64,000 bases of DNA, taken from Flexilinea sp. (GTDB lineage Bacteria > Chloroflexota > Anaerolineae > Anaerolineales > Anaerolineaceae). Of this stretch, positions 35,434-43,867 are shown piece after piece. The notes under the pieces are model-generated. The model searched no databases. It had not been told where the DNA came from and saw only the letters and a program-made list of their open reading frames with translations. The stretch's first letter is position 1. The number at the start of each line of letters is the position of its first letter. The DNA lies in NCBI GenBank assembly GCA_036723985.1, contig DAIMGK010000005.1, positions 235 through 64,234 of the forward strand, read 5' to 3'. Made by a program: the position numbers and the translations under genes.

Positions 35434-36093
35434 TTACTGTCTCTGAATGCGCATTTTCTGATTATTCCGGTAGTTCCGCATGAACTCATAGAATTCATGG
35501 GCACATTCATAACCTCCGCGCAGTTCGCTGTCATCAGGATTCCATGAGGGAACCAGATCGGCCTCGACTCTGGTGACGCCGAGACCATTATCCATAAGGT
35601 ATATCCTCAGTTTGGCTTCGGTGAGAAAGTCGCCTTCGGGATACTTCGGCAGTTCATCATACGCGTAATTTGTCCAGTCAATACCCTGTGCTGTTTCATC
35701 AGCTTCAGGGCGTCTGGTGACCAGGTGCATGTTGAAGGTGTAAATATCATTCAGGTCATAAACCCAGCCGTTATTATGCGTCATATCCCTGAACCAGCCG
35801 TGGTTTTCATCAATTTCGATGCAGTCTCTGCTGCGGTATGCGCCGGCTTTTAACTGGCGGGTGGCATGGAATTCCTGCACGGCTTTCCGCTTGTTTTCCG
35901 CGGCAAAAGCGATGTTTGCTTTTACGGCATCTGCTGTCATGGATTCGATTTTCAGCTCGCCGGGAGTGCATTTATCACGGCAGCTTGAGCAAAGGTGGGA
36001 GCCGTCGGCGAGGTCGTACCAGAACAACCCGCCTAAAAAGCCCGATTTCGATCCGCAGATGACACAGTATTTATCATCACCAAACAGACCCAT
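35434..36093 (-). CDS. DUF4428-like zinc-ribbon protein
   Basis: N-terminus MGLFGDDKYCVICGSK...LCSSCRDKC matches my memory of the DUF4428 pattern. AAGGAGAG RBS. Confidence 0.7.
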   Translation of the reverse strand: MGLFGDDKYCVICGSKSGFLGGLFWYDLADGSHLCSSCRDKCTPGELKIESMTADAVKANIAFAAENKRKAVQEFHATRQLKAGAYRSRDCIEIDENHGWFRDMTHNNGWVYDLNDIYTFNMHLVTRRPEADETAQGIDWTNYAYDELPKYPEGDFLTEAKLRIYLMDNGLGVTRVEADLVPSWNPDDSELRGGYECAHEFYEFMRNYRNNQKMRIQRQ

Positions 36094-36124
36094 TTTCTCT
36101 CCTTTCCGTTTATTTCTTCGGGTG

Positions 36125-36174
36125 CGGTGACGGTTTCCGGCTGCTCAGAAATGAGCCTGAGGGAACCGTCACCG
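36125..36174. repeat. nested hairpin element (H3) downstream of the C11 gene
   Basis: 14-bp stem cggtgacggtttcc/gggaaccgtcaccg, inner stem gctc agaaat gagc. The right half gaaatgagcctgagggaaccgtcaccgtt is nearly identical to 38411-38439. Confidence 0.75.
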
Positions 36175-36189
36175 TTGAATTTACCCGGT

Positions 36190-38301
36190 TTATTCTGCTT
36201 CAGCTTCCGCTGTGCCGAAGACCGCGGTCTCACCGTCCCACTCCAGATCAATGAAGTCGGAAGTGTAGACTCTGTCCAGCATGTCGCTGAGAGAATAGCG
36301 CAGTCTGTACTGACCCGCAGGGAGCACTTCATCGGTAATTTCCATATCCATGCTCATGGTCATCGGAATATAACGATAATCGCCGACTTCCTTCTTATAA
36401 TCGCTGTAGACCGCTTCGCAGAGTTCGACCTCTTCCCCGTTAAGATCTGCCATGGAATAAGTGTTGCGGTCGGAAAGTCCGGTGGAAGAATCATAGCCGT
36501 CCCAGATCCCGGTCAGCAGATAATTCACGGTACGTTCGGTTTCAGCTTCTTCCGCGGCAGTCCCATCCATCTGTGACATCATGCCATCTGGATAATCGGC
36601 AAGGATGCGCAGCTTGAAGATCCTCTGTCCGAAGAGACGTACCGGCGACTGCATCAGGACAGTGGTTTCTCCCTGCATATCCTTGGTTTCCACGTTCAGA
36701 AATTCACCTTCCAGAGAAGGCCACTTGCCGGTAAAGTTGGCAGAGAATGTGATGTTTCTTTCTTCTTCGTTGATGGAAATAACTTTGACATCCTCGCTCT
36801 GGCCGAGGTCGAACCAGCTCTGGGTCTGTTCGTCATAGCGCTGCAGTTCGTAGCGCACAAAACCGCCGGTTTCGATACCGGAGTAAAGATGCAGCATGGT
36901 CTGACTCCGATCTTCGGAGACCTCTGTATCAAAATTGAGCGTATAGAGCTGGGCTTTCACCTGCGGGATCTCACCGGTGATATCGGTGACCCATTCCGGG
37001 GCATCCCATTTCAGATTGACGGCATCCAGGAAGGCCAGCTGCCAGGGATTCTGGTTGGATCTGATCAGACGGTCCAGTTCTCCCTTATTTCTGGCGGTAT
37101 CGCTGTAGCGCAGGTAGACGGAAAGACCATGGGCATAAGGGTGATAGGATCCGCGGATGTTGTAAACCACGGCTTCATCTACCGCGTTTTCCAGTTTCAG
37201 CACTGTCTCTTTGGATATCCCGCTGTTCATGGACCGGCGTGCCAGATCATAAAGATCCTTCATAAAGGGGTTCTGATAGCGGTCTGTTTTGCTGATCGCG
37301 GCCAAAAATTCGCCGAAAGCCTCAGGATCCTTGACCAGTTCGACAGCTTCCTTCATCAGATCATTGAAGGCTTCTGCCACAGGGCCGATCTTGCTCAAAT
37401 CGGTGATGGAGAAGGTCAAACCTTTCAGAAAACTGTCATCACCTTTTTCGGCATACATTAACTGAGTCGCGTCAGCGATGATCCGTCCGAGACGGACGGG
37501 ACTGCAATCCGGTTCATCATACAAAGCCTGCAGCCATTCCGTATAGTAGCTTCCATATCCGGGCATGACTTCTTCGGAAGCGGCAAGATAATCTGCATAA
37601 GGAGCAATCGTCTGAGCCATTTCCAGGTTAGCCATCAGACAGGTGTCGGTCATCAGAAGGTCAAAGTGGACACCGCCGTCTTTCAGGGCGCGGCCCAGAC
37701 CTTCAAGGCTCATTTCCGCAAAGTCATGCAGTTCGTCTACGATCAGCCCCATCGCGCTGCCGCTGCCGTGATCCCAAAGGAGCAGCATATACTTTTCAGC
37801 CGGATAATTTTCGGCACTCCAGCGGATAAAGTCGGAAAGGGTCGTGTGTTTTGCCATGTTGGCATTTTCCAGTTCCTCTACCAGGGTATAGCCTTCTTCG
37901 CTGTAGGACCAGCGCTGCAGTTTGTCTTCAGCGATATCGATGCCGACGCTTTCTTCAGCGTTCCATTTCTTCGTACCGCCGGTCTCGATCACCATATTGA
38001 CCGCGCTGTTGGCTGTCGTATTCTTGATCATCTCGAGGTTGGCTGTGGCCATCGCGCCGTCGGATTCCAGATCCGTACCGCAGAGATAGAACATCACTGT
38101 CCACAGTGCCGGTTCCTTCGGGCCTTTTTCTTCTTCAACTGTTTCTTCAGCTGTTTCCTCCGCGGTTTCTTCAACTGTTTCTTCCGACACCGGCTCTGCG
38201 GCCGTTACTTCTTCACCGGTCTGTGCGAAGGCAAAAGGCGCCGCCGGGAGCAGCATGCACAGGACCAGAATGAAGGACAACAATTTTGAGATTTTATTCA
38301 T
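36190..38301 (-). CDS. secreted C11 (clostripain-family) cysteine peptidase
   Basis: Catalytic motifs LLLWDHGSG and LMTDTCLMAN. I chose the start at MNKISKLLSFILVLCML, preceded by AAGGAG (the ORF-track start 38445 is an upstream extension). Confidence 0.85.
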   Translation of the reverse strand: MNKISKLLSFILVLCMLLPAAPFAFAQTGEEVTAAEPVSEETVEETAEETAEETVEEEKGPKEPALWTVMFYLCGTDLESDGAMATANLEMIKNTTANSAVNMVIETGGTKKWNAEESVGIDIAEDKLQRWSYSEEGYTLVEELENANMAKHTTLSDFIRWSAENYPAEKYMLLLWDHGSGSAMGLIVDELHDFAEMSLEGLGRALKDGGVHFDLLMTDTCLMANLEMAQTIAPYADYLAASEEVMPGYGSYYTEWLQALYDEPDCSPVRLGRIIADATQLMYAEKGDDSFLKGLTFSITDLSKIGPVAEAFNDLMKEAVELVKDPEAFGEFLAAISKTDRYQNPFMKDLYDLARRSMNSGISKETVLKLENAVDEAVVYNIRGSYHPYAHGLSVYLRYSDTARNKGELDRLIRSNQNPWQLAFLDAVNLKWDAPEWVTDITGEIPQVKAQLYTLNFDTEVSEDRSQTMLHLYSGIETGGFVRYELQRYDEQTQSWFDLGQSEDVKVISINEEERNITFSANFTGKWPSLEGEFLNVETKDMQGETTVLMQSPVRLFGQRIFKLRILADYPDGMMSQMDGTAAEEAETERTVNYLLTGIWDGYDSSTGLSDRNTYSMADLNGEEVELCEAVYSDYKKEVGDYRYIPMTMSMDMEITDEVLPAGQYRLRYSLSDMLDRVYTSDFIDLEWDGETAVFGTAEAEAE

Positions 38302-38323
38302 ATTTCTCCTTTCCTTGAAGGGC

Positions 38324-38369
38324 GGGACTGTCACCGGAAACTCGTACTTGAGTCGGAGGTGACTGTCCC
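38324..38369. repeat. nested hairpin element (H11)
   Basis: gggactgtcacc/ggtgactgtccc (12 bp with one central T-T mismatch). Inner stem actc gtactt gagt. Confidence 0.7.
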
Positions 38370-38389
38370 ATGATTTAGTGATATAAAAA

Positions 38390-38436
38390 GGGACTGTTCC
38401 CTCGGGTTCGGAAATGAGCCTTGGGAAACCGTCCCC
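38390..38436. repeat. nested hairpin element (H4) upstream of the C11 gene
   Basis: gggactgttccc / gggaaaccgtcccc with inner stem ggttc ggaaat gagcc. Preceded by aaaaa, which gives a U-tract for the minus-strand S41-3 transcript. Confidence 0.7.
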
Positions 38437-38447
38437 GTTATGCATAA

Positions 38448-40178
38448 TTATTTGATGGTGTTGATGTATTCCGTCAGGGCTTCTCGGTCATAGAAGGATT
38501 CCGGGAACATGAGGGAGAAATCCGGTTCCGCGCCCTGGTCGATATCATAGAAGGAGCCGTTCTTGGCGAAGGCCAGACGCTGCGGGCCGGAGATGCGGAA
38601 GTTGGTGCCGTAGGCTGTTGCCAGAGGCATCACCACGCAGCTGCCGCCGCCGGAAGTACGGCCGATGAGGGTCACTTCATTGGAATTCTTGAAGACAGAA
38701 GGAACCAGGTTGCCGCAGGAGAAACTGTTCGGCGTGATCAGCGCAAAGCGTCTCTTGCCCAGCAGGCCGCGGTCATTCTCGTCAAACTTGCCGTCCAGGT
38801 TCAGGTCCACATTGTAGACACCTGTGGCGAGCGCACCGGACAGGGTGTTCTTCACGCTGGCATAGCCGTCGCCCAGGAAGGCGGAGAGCACAAAGATCGC
38901 CGCGTCAGCTTCGCCGCCGCCGTTGTTGGAAAGATCCAGTACCACGTTTTCAATGGGGCTGTCCTCGCGCATGATCTGGGTATAAGCGTAAATCAGAAGG
39001 CCGACGGTGTCCGGGGCATCGGCTGTCGGTGCGGTCTCATAATAATCCACACCATCCGGGACGCTGTAAAAATCGTCGAAGGTAATATAGGCGGTGTTGC
39101 CGACCTCTTCATAGCCGGGGACTCCGTCCGGATAAGCTTCCGCACGGGCTGTGGAATACAGCTCCATCTGGCGGACCATCTGTTCGCGCTGCTGTCCGTA
39201 TCCGATTTTTTCGCGGAATTCATCCAGCAAACCTTCGCGGCTGAAAGGAGAAACTCCGAGGAAAGCGCTGTGCATGTCGTCCATATGTTTCCAGATCATG
39301 GTGAACAGGGCTGCGTCCTTCTGGTTGGGATCCGTACCCATCAGGACTTCGCGGGCGCCGATCTGATCTGCCAGATCCGCGAAGCTGTTGATCCCGTGGA
39401 CTTCCTTCAAACCGTAGAGATAGTCAAGCGCGAGGCAGAGTTCCGCGAAACTGAATTCACCCATAGCCTTACTGAGGTCTTTCTTTTCAACACTATAGAA
39501 TTTCTCACCCAGCGGAGTACCGTCCAGGCCGCTCATAACGGTAATGGCGACGATCTCACCGTTGTAGAAAGCATTTATATACTTTATTCCCAGCGTGAAG
39601 TCACTGAGGGTCTGAAGCGGAACATAAACGCCGGTCTCATCGGCAACCAGGTCGATTCCGTAAGCGCCGCAGTCCACGACCACCGGGTCACCGTAGCGTT
39701 CGTAGGATTTATCGGTGCGCTGGAAAAGGCTCTTATCTTCATCCGAATGTGCGCCGTCCGCTGACAGCACATCGATCAGCACACGATCGGCTTCGGGGCG
39801 GAGCCAGGCGTCATAGTCGAAGAAGGTGATGGTATCGGCAGCGCAGTCCACGGTCATGGGGTAGGGATCGCCGTCTGTACGGGTCAGCTTGCCGATCTCG
39901 CCAAACTGGGAGAAAGCCAATCCGAAGGGCTCTTCTCCTTCATGGGGCTCGGATAAACTCTGCATCATGAAGGTGTACAGTTCGCCATAGTCTTGCAGAG
40001 AGACGTAGGGCACGTCCGACTCACCGATGAAGTAGACGGGCACAGGCATTGAATATTCGTCAGATATGAAATAGAAATCCATATCTTTGGAAGTAATTTT
40101 CGTTCCTTCCGCAAAAGCCGTGCAAACCAGCAGAAGCATGGCAAGGATCAATGCCATTGATAAAGACAGTCTTTTCAT
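38448..40178 (-). CDS. secreted S41-family peptidase-like protein, paralogue 3
   Basis: Motifs VVLDLSNNGGGEAD, SFSCGNLVP, GRTSGGGS. Signal peptide MKRLSLSMALILAMLLLVCTAFA. AAGGAG RBS. Confidence 0.85.
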   Translation of the reverse strand: MKRLSLSMALILAMLLLVCTAFAEGTKITSKDMDFYFISDEYSMPVPVYFIGESDVPYVSLQDYGELYTFMMQSLSEPHEGEEPFGLAFSQFGEIGKLTRTDGDPYPMTVDCAADTITFFDYDAWLRPEADRVLIDVLSADGAHSDEDKSLFQRTDKSYERYGDPVVVDCGAYGIDLVADETGVYVPLQTLSDFTLGIKYINAFYNGEIVAITVMSGLDGTPLGEKFYSVEKKDLSKAMGEFSFAELCLALDYLYGLKEVHGINSFADLADQIGAREVLMGTDPNQKDAALFTMIWKHMDDMHSAFLGVSPFSREGLLDEFREKIGYGQQREQMVRQMELYSTARAEAYPDGVPGYEEVGNTAYITFDDFYSVPDGVDYYETAPTADAPDTVGLLIYAYTQIMREDSPIENVVLDLSNNGGGEADAAIFVLSAFLGDGYASVKNTLSGALATGVYNVDLNLDGKFDENDRGLLGKRRFALITPNSFSCGNLVPSVFKNSNEVTLIGRTSGGGSCVVMPLATAYGTNFRISGPQRLAFAKNGSFYDIDQGAEPDFSLMFPESFYDREALTEYINTIK

Positions 40179-40223
40179 TGAAATTCTCCTTATTTAATAT
40201 TGAATTTTCAAAAAATCATGAAA

Positions 40224-40251
40224 ATTATATCATCTAAAAATGAGATTTCAA
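40224..40251 (-). promoter_or_regulatory. promoter of S41-like paralogue 3
   Basis: Minus strand reads TTGAAA, 16 nt spacer, TG-extended TATAAT (tgatataat). About 45 nt upstream of the ATG. Confidence 0.55.
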
Positions 40252-40403
40252 AAATTTTTTATTATTTTGACAGAAATGAATATGTGTTTTCGGTGCTTCA
40301 TGTCTCAGACTTTGTTTCAATTGAAAGAAAGAGTCTTTTTTTCATTTCCGACAGGGGGATAGAACCGTTTTTTACATTTTTATGATGGCGCCTGTCTGAC
40401 ATA

Positions 40404-40432
40404 TTGACTATGCCTTTGTTATTGTTTATAAT
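40404..40432 (+). promoter_or_regulatory. consensus sigma-A promoter driving a ~300-nt leader of the acyltransferase gene
   Basis: TTGACT (40404-40409), 17 nt spacer, TATAAT (40427-40432). The next + strand CDS starts at 40739. Confidence 0.7.
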
Positions 40433-40569
40433 TTGACTGATTTGAAGTTAACAGATAAATTTATGAGAAAAATTGCGGAAATCATGATCGCATATTTTTA
40501 TAAACGAGAACGCCGCGAAAGCGTGTGAGTCTTATAAAGAGCCTGATACCTATTAAGCGGGTCGGAAAT

Positions 40570-40690
40570 CATGCGGGGGCGGAGCGCGGGAGCCGGATCA
40601 TAATTCAGCGCAGCGGTTCCTTACGGCTCCCGCGTTTGCAAACACACGAATTTATGCTCCCGCGCCTTGCGAAGCATATTATCCCCCATG
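40570..40690 (+). promoter_or_regulatory. copy B of the ~90-nt structured element, inside the acyltransferase leader (candidate cis-regulatory RNA)
   Basis: Left arm gcgcgggagccg (40584-40595) can pair with cggctcccgcgt (40624-40635, 12 bp). Alternatively its first 10 nt pair perfectly with gctcccgcgc (40656-40665). Collinear with copy A at 20340-20470. Confidence 0.55.
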
Positions 40691-40738
40691 CGGTGGGTAA
40701 ATACAAACTGAGCTCTTATCGTAAAGGAAACATATAAA

Positions 40739-41839
40739 ATGGAGATGAAAAAAAAGAGATTGAATTATGTTGACATGATCAAGGGACTCGCGATCCTGGA
40801 AGTCGTTCTCTACCATCTGCTGGCGCCGAACAGCTTCAAGACCACGGTCATCGATCATATTCTGTTCCCGCTGCTGGCCGCGTTTTTTATCTTTTCCGGT
40901 TATTTTTATAAGCCCGGGAAAAAAACCTTCAAGGAAAATATTCTTTCCAGAGCCAGATCGCTGCTGATCCCGTTTGTGAAATACGGTGTGATCTTCTGGT
41001 TTGTCGGTTCCGTCTATATGCTGATCACCAAACAGATCAACCTTACGGAAGCGTTCGGCTGCCTGCGGAATTTCTTCGGCGGCGTCATATGGAACCGCGT
41101 GATACAGAACTGGTTCCATTGGGAATATTACAAGCTGGGCTCAAGGTATATGTACCTGGCGGGGTTATGGTTCTTGCCGGCTATGTTTTTCGCAAGTGCG
41201 CTCTTTTTCCCGGTCGCTGACCGCACGCTGGGCTCGGATAAGAAGACCATCGGTGCGGCGGTCCTGCTGTTTGCCCTTACCGGTATTCTGCGTCAGTTTA
41301 AAGTTGACCTGGTCTATAACCTCCAGATCGTTCCTTTCTGGGCAGCCTTTATGCTTCTTGGCGCTTTTTCCCGGCAGAAGAACCTGTTTGAGCAGCCTTC
41401 CATGACGGGGGGCAAAGGCTGGGGCATTGCCTGTGCAGTCCTGGCAGCGGGTCTGGGGATCGCTTTCCTGCGTGAACCGGTACTCAACACCTTCCGCGGG
41501 AATTTCCCTGAACCTGAAGCTCTGAATATGGTTTTCTGCGTTATTTCCTCCCTCCTGTTCAATTGGGGCCTGGGTGTTATCTGCCGCCTTGCGGAAGAAT
41601 CGGGAACCCGTGTGAAGGAACTCGCCTGGATGGGGTCCCATTCCATGACCTTTTATATCTGGCATTATTTCGTCGCCTGGGTCATCAGTACGATCTTTGG
41701 CTTTTCGCTTCGCTATCAGACTCCGGCGGCAAACGATGTCTTTTGGAAAAGTGCTGCAGTGACGCTGGCATCCCTGGTGATCTGCTTCTTTATCGCGGTC
41801 CTGGAAGAAAGATTTGCTGAAAAGAAAGCCTCTTGTTAA
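40739..41839 (+). CDS. acyltransferase family 3 (membrane O-acyltransferase)
   Basis: 366 aa, about 10 TMs, with an N-terminus typical of Acyl_transf_3 (YVDMIKGLAILEVVLYH). Confidence 0.85.
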   Translation: MEMKKKRLNYVDMIKGLAILEVVLYHLLAPNSFKTTVIDHILFPLLAAFFIFSGYFYKPGKKTFKENILSRARSLLIPFVKYGVIFWFVGSVYMLITKQINLTEAFGCLRNFFGGVIWNRVIQNWFHWEYYKLGSRYMYLAGLWFLPAMFFASALFFPVADRTLGSDKKTIGAAVLLFALTGILRQFKVDLVYNLQIVPFWAAFMLLGAFSRQKNLFEQPSMTGGKGWGIACAVLAAGLGIAFLREPVLNTFRGNFPEPEALNMVFCVISSLLFNWGLGVICRLAEESGTRVKELAWMGSHSMTFYIWHYFVAWVISTIFGFSLRYQTPAANDVFWKSAAVTLASLVICFFIAVLEERFAEKKASC

Positions 41840-41855
41840 TATTCCGGCTGACACA

Positions 41856-41904
41856 GGACAGTCATCCGCGGTTCGGTTTTGAGCCATAGATGACTGTCTT
41901 TTTC
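41856..41904 (+). terminator. intrinsic terminator of the acyltransferase gene (nested hairpin family, H10)
   Basis: Outer stem ggacagtcatc/gatgactgtc(t), inner stem ggttc ggtttt gagcc, followed by ttttt. Confidence 0.8.
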
Positions 41905-42135
41905 TATACGGACCGGCCGGAAAGTTTCCTGCGGGTCTTGCCTGATGGCTCCGGGGCGGTCCGGTATCCCGTATCAAAGACAGAATCGTGATTTTTCCTG
42001 CTTTACAGAGAAACTTTAGTATAATGATTTTCGTTTTAGAAAATGATCCGACCGATGATTTATCCGGATCTCTTCAGTCAACCTGCTGGAGATATATTTA
42101 TAAGGAGAGAGGACGTATAAAACCGTCCGAAAACT

Positions 42136-42915
42136 ATGAAAAAAATATCTTTTCTTTTTGTCGTTATGGCTCTGGCCATGTTTTCGTTCGTTTTCGCCGC
42201 AGCCGCCCAGACTGCCGAACTTCCGGCGATCGATGAAGCTCAGGCTGAACCTTACCTTGGCGTATGGTATATGGAAAAAATGTGCTTCGGCGAAGAATGC
42301 ATGGATCTTTCTTCATTTGGTTTGAAATCAACTTTGACTCTGAATGCTGATAACACCATGACTATGGAATCCGAAGGTGAAGAGCCTCAAGTCACATATT
42401 GGTATATGGAAGACGGTACCGCTTATAACGTTGAAGAAATAAATGGCGAGAAGAAGACCTATGCGATGGATATTGATGACGAAGGACGCCTGACATTCGG
42501 AACGGAAGAAATGTCAATGCATTTCGTTCGTGATTTCGCACCGATTCCCGGCCAGGGTGAATTGAAAGCCGATGCTGCCGCGGAAGATTTCTCCGGAGAA
42601 TGGCTTCTGAACGGGATCATGGCCGGCGGCGGAGTCCTTCCCGCTTCCCTGTTCGGAATGACCGGTACACTGACTATCGGTGAATCTACGCTCAGTGTGA
42701 CAATAGTTGAGGAAACTATGGCGGAAGACGCTGCTTTCGAACTGAAAGACGGAAAGATCTATACGTCAATTGAGACAAAAGATGAAGCAGGGAATCCTGT
42801 CACACAAAATATCATCCTTGAATATCATATGGATAATTCCGTACTGATGATTTTCGAAGGTTCAGAACAGGAGGGCGCTATTGTCTTTGTCCGTGAAGCG
42901 GATATGGGTAAGTAA
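42136..42915 (+). CDS. hypothetical secreted protein
   Basis: Clear signal peptide MKKISFLFVVMALAMFSFVFAAAAQ. No SD within 10 nt. No motif recognised. Confidence 0.7.
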   Translation: MKKISFLFVVMALAMFSFVFAAAAQTAELPAIDEAQAEPYLGVWYMEKMCFGEECMDLSSFGLKSTLTLNADNTMTMESEGEEPQVTYWYMEDGTAYNVEEINGEKKTYAMDIDDEGRLTFGTEEMSMHFVRDFAPIPGQGELKADAAAEDFSGEWLLNGIMAGGGVLPASLFGMTGTLTIGESTLSVTIVEETMAEDAAFELKDGKIYTSIETKDEAGNPVTQNIILEYHMDNSVLMIFEGSEQEGAIVFVREADMGK

Positions 42916-42981
42916 ATCCAGTCCGTTTCTCCCGGATCTCATTTCCGACTGACAGATAACAATTAAGATCAGAAATTTTTT

Positions 42982-43016
42982 CCCTTTCCGGCTCCATACC
43001 GGAGGGGAATTTTTTT
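42982..43016 (+). terminator. intrinsic terminator after the secreted hypothetical gene
   Basis: Stem ccctttccgg/ccggagggg (9 bp including 2 G-U) followed by aattttttt. Confidence 0.6.
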
Positions 43017-43065
43017 CCGGAGGGATTTTTGACTGATATTTTGACCGACGGAGAAAGGCCGGAAT

Positions 43066-43110
43066 CAGACGTAAGACGTTAGATGTCAGACGTAAGATGG
43101 AAGATGTCAG
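43066..43110 (+). repeat. period-7 array (NAGAYGT x6.5; also readable as a 21-nt unit x2.1)
   Basis: cagacgt aagacgt tagatgt cagacgt aagatgg aagatgt cag. Confidence 0.85.
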
Positions 43111-43274
43111 TTTGGCGATTCGCGCCTCTTCATGAGCGTGGATCACCGTTGTAATTTTGAAAAAGGGACAGGATTTCATCACATATTGAAGGCCGGGATG
43201 CTCACATTCATAATGTATAACATTCCATATTCACTTCCGGGGATGATCATATATTCCTGTATATAATAAATGCT

Positions 43275-43817
43275 ATGCTGAAAAAACGAATTTTAAACGT
43301 CTGGAAAAATTATCTTACCAGTCAGTTTCTGGTAACGATGTTTGTTTTTGCAATGACCTGGGCGGCAGGAGCCATTACCGGCCTGCGTTTTGCTTTTCTG
43401 AACGCGCTGGCTGCCGGTGTCTGTGAATGCATTCCCAACATCGGCCCGATCGTCTCCGGGATCATCTCCGCGGTTTTGGCTCTGGTTTTCGGATCCTCCA
43501 GACTCGATATCGCCAACTGGCAGTTCGCGCTGATTATCGTCGGGTGCTGTATATTGATCCAATGCCTGCAGAACTGGCTTATCAGCCCTCTGGTCATCGG
43601 GAAAAAGATGGATCTCCATCCCGTGGTCGTCTTTTTCGGGATGCTCCTGTTTTCCGCATTATTCGGCTTTTGGGGAATGATCCTTGCCGTACCGATCATG
43701 GCGTCATTCAAAGAAGTGAAAAAATATACCGAGGAGCAAAAACAGTCAGAACAGCGGGATGATCCGCAGCATGTCCTCCCGCCGGAAAATGATTTGACTG
43801 AAAAAGAACAAGACTGA
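43275..43817 (+). CDS. AI-2E (PerM) family transporter, C-terminal half only (truncated gene or remnant)
   Basis: Contains the family's central ECIPNIGPIVSGI motif and the C-terminal TMs (GMILAVPIMA). Only 180 aa, whereas I recall about 350 aa for the family. No N-terminal half in any upstream frame. The ATG is only 8 nt after a TATAAT. Confidence 0.6.
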   Translation: MLKKRILNVWKNYLTSQFLVTMFVFAMTWAAGAITGLRFAFLNALAAGVCECIPNIGPIVSGIISAVLALVFGSSRLDIANWQFALIIVGCCILIQCLQNWLISPLVIGKKMDLHPVVVFFGMLLFSALFGFWGMILAVPIMASFKEVKKYTEEQKQSEQRDDPQHVLPPENDLTEKEQD

Positions 43818-43867
43818 ATCATCCGCGGGCGGCGGATATACGCGAGACAGCAGCCTGTCCGGAACGC

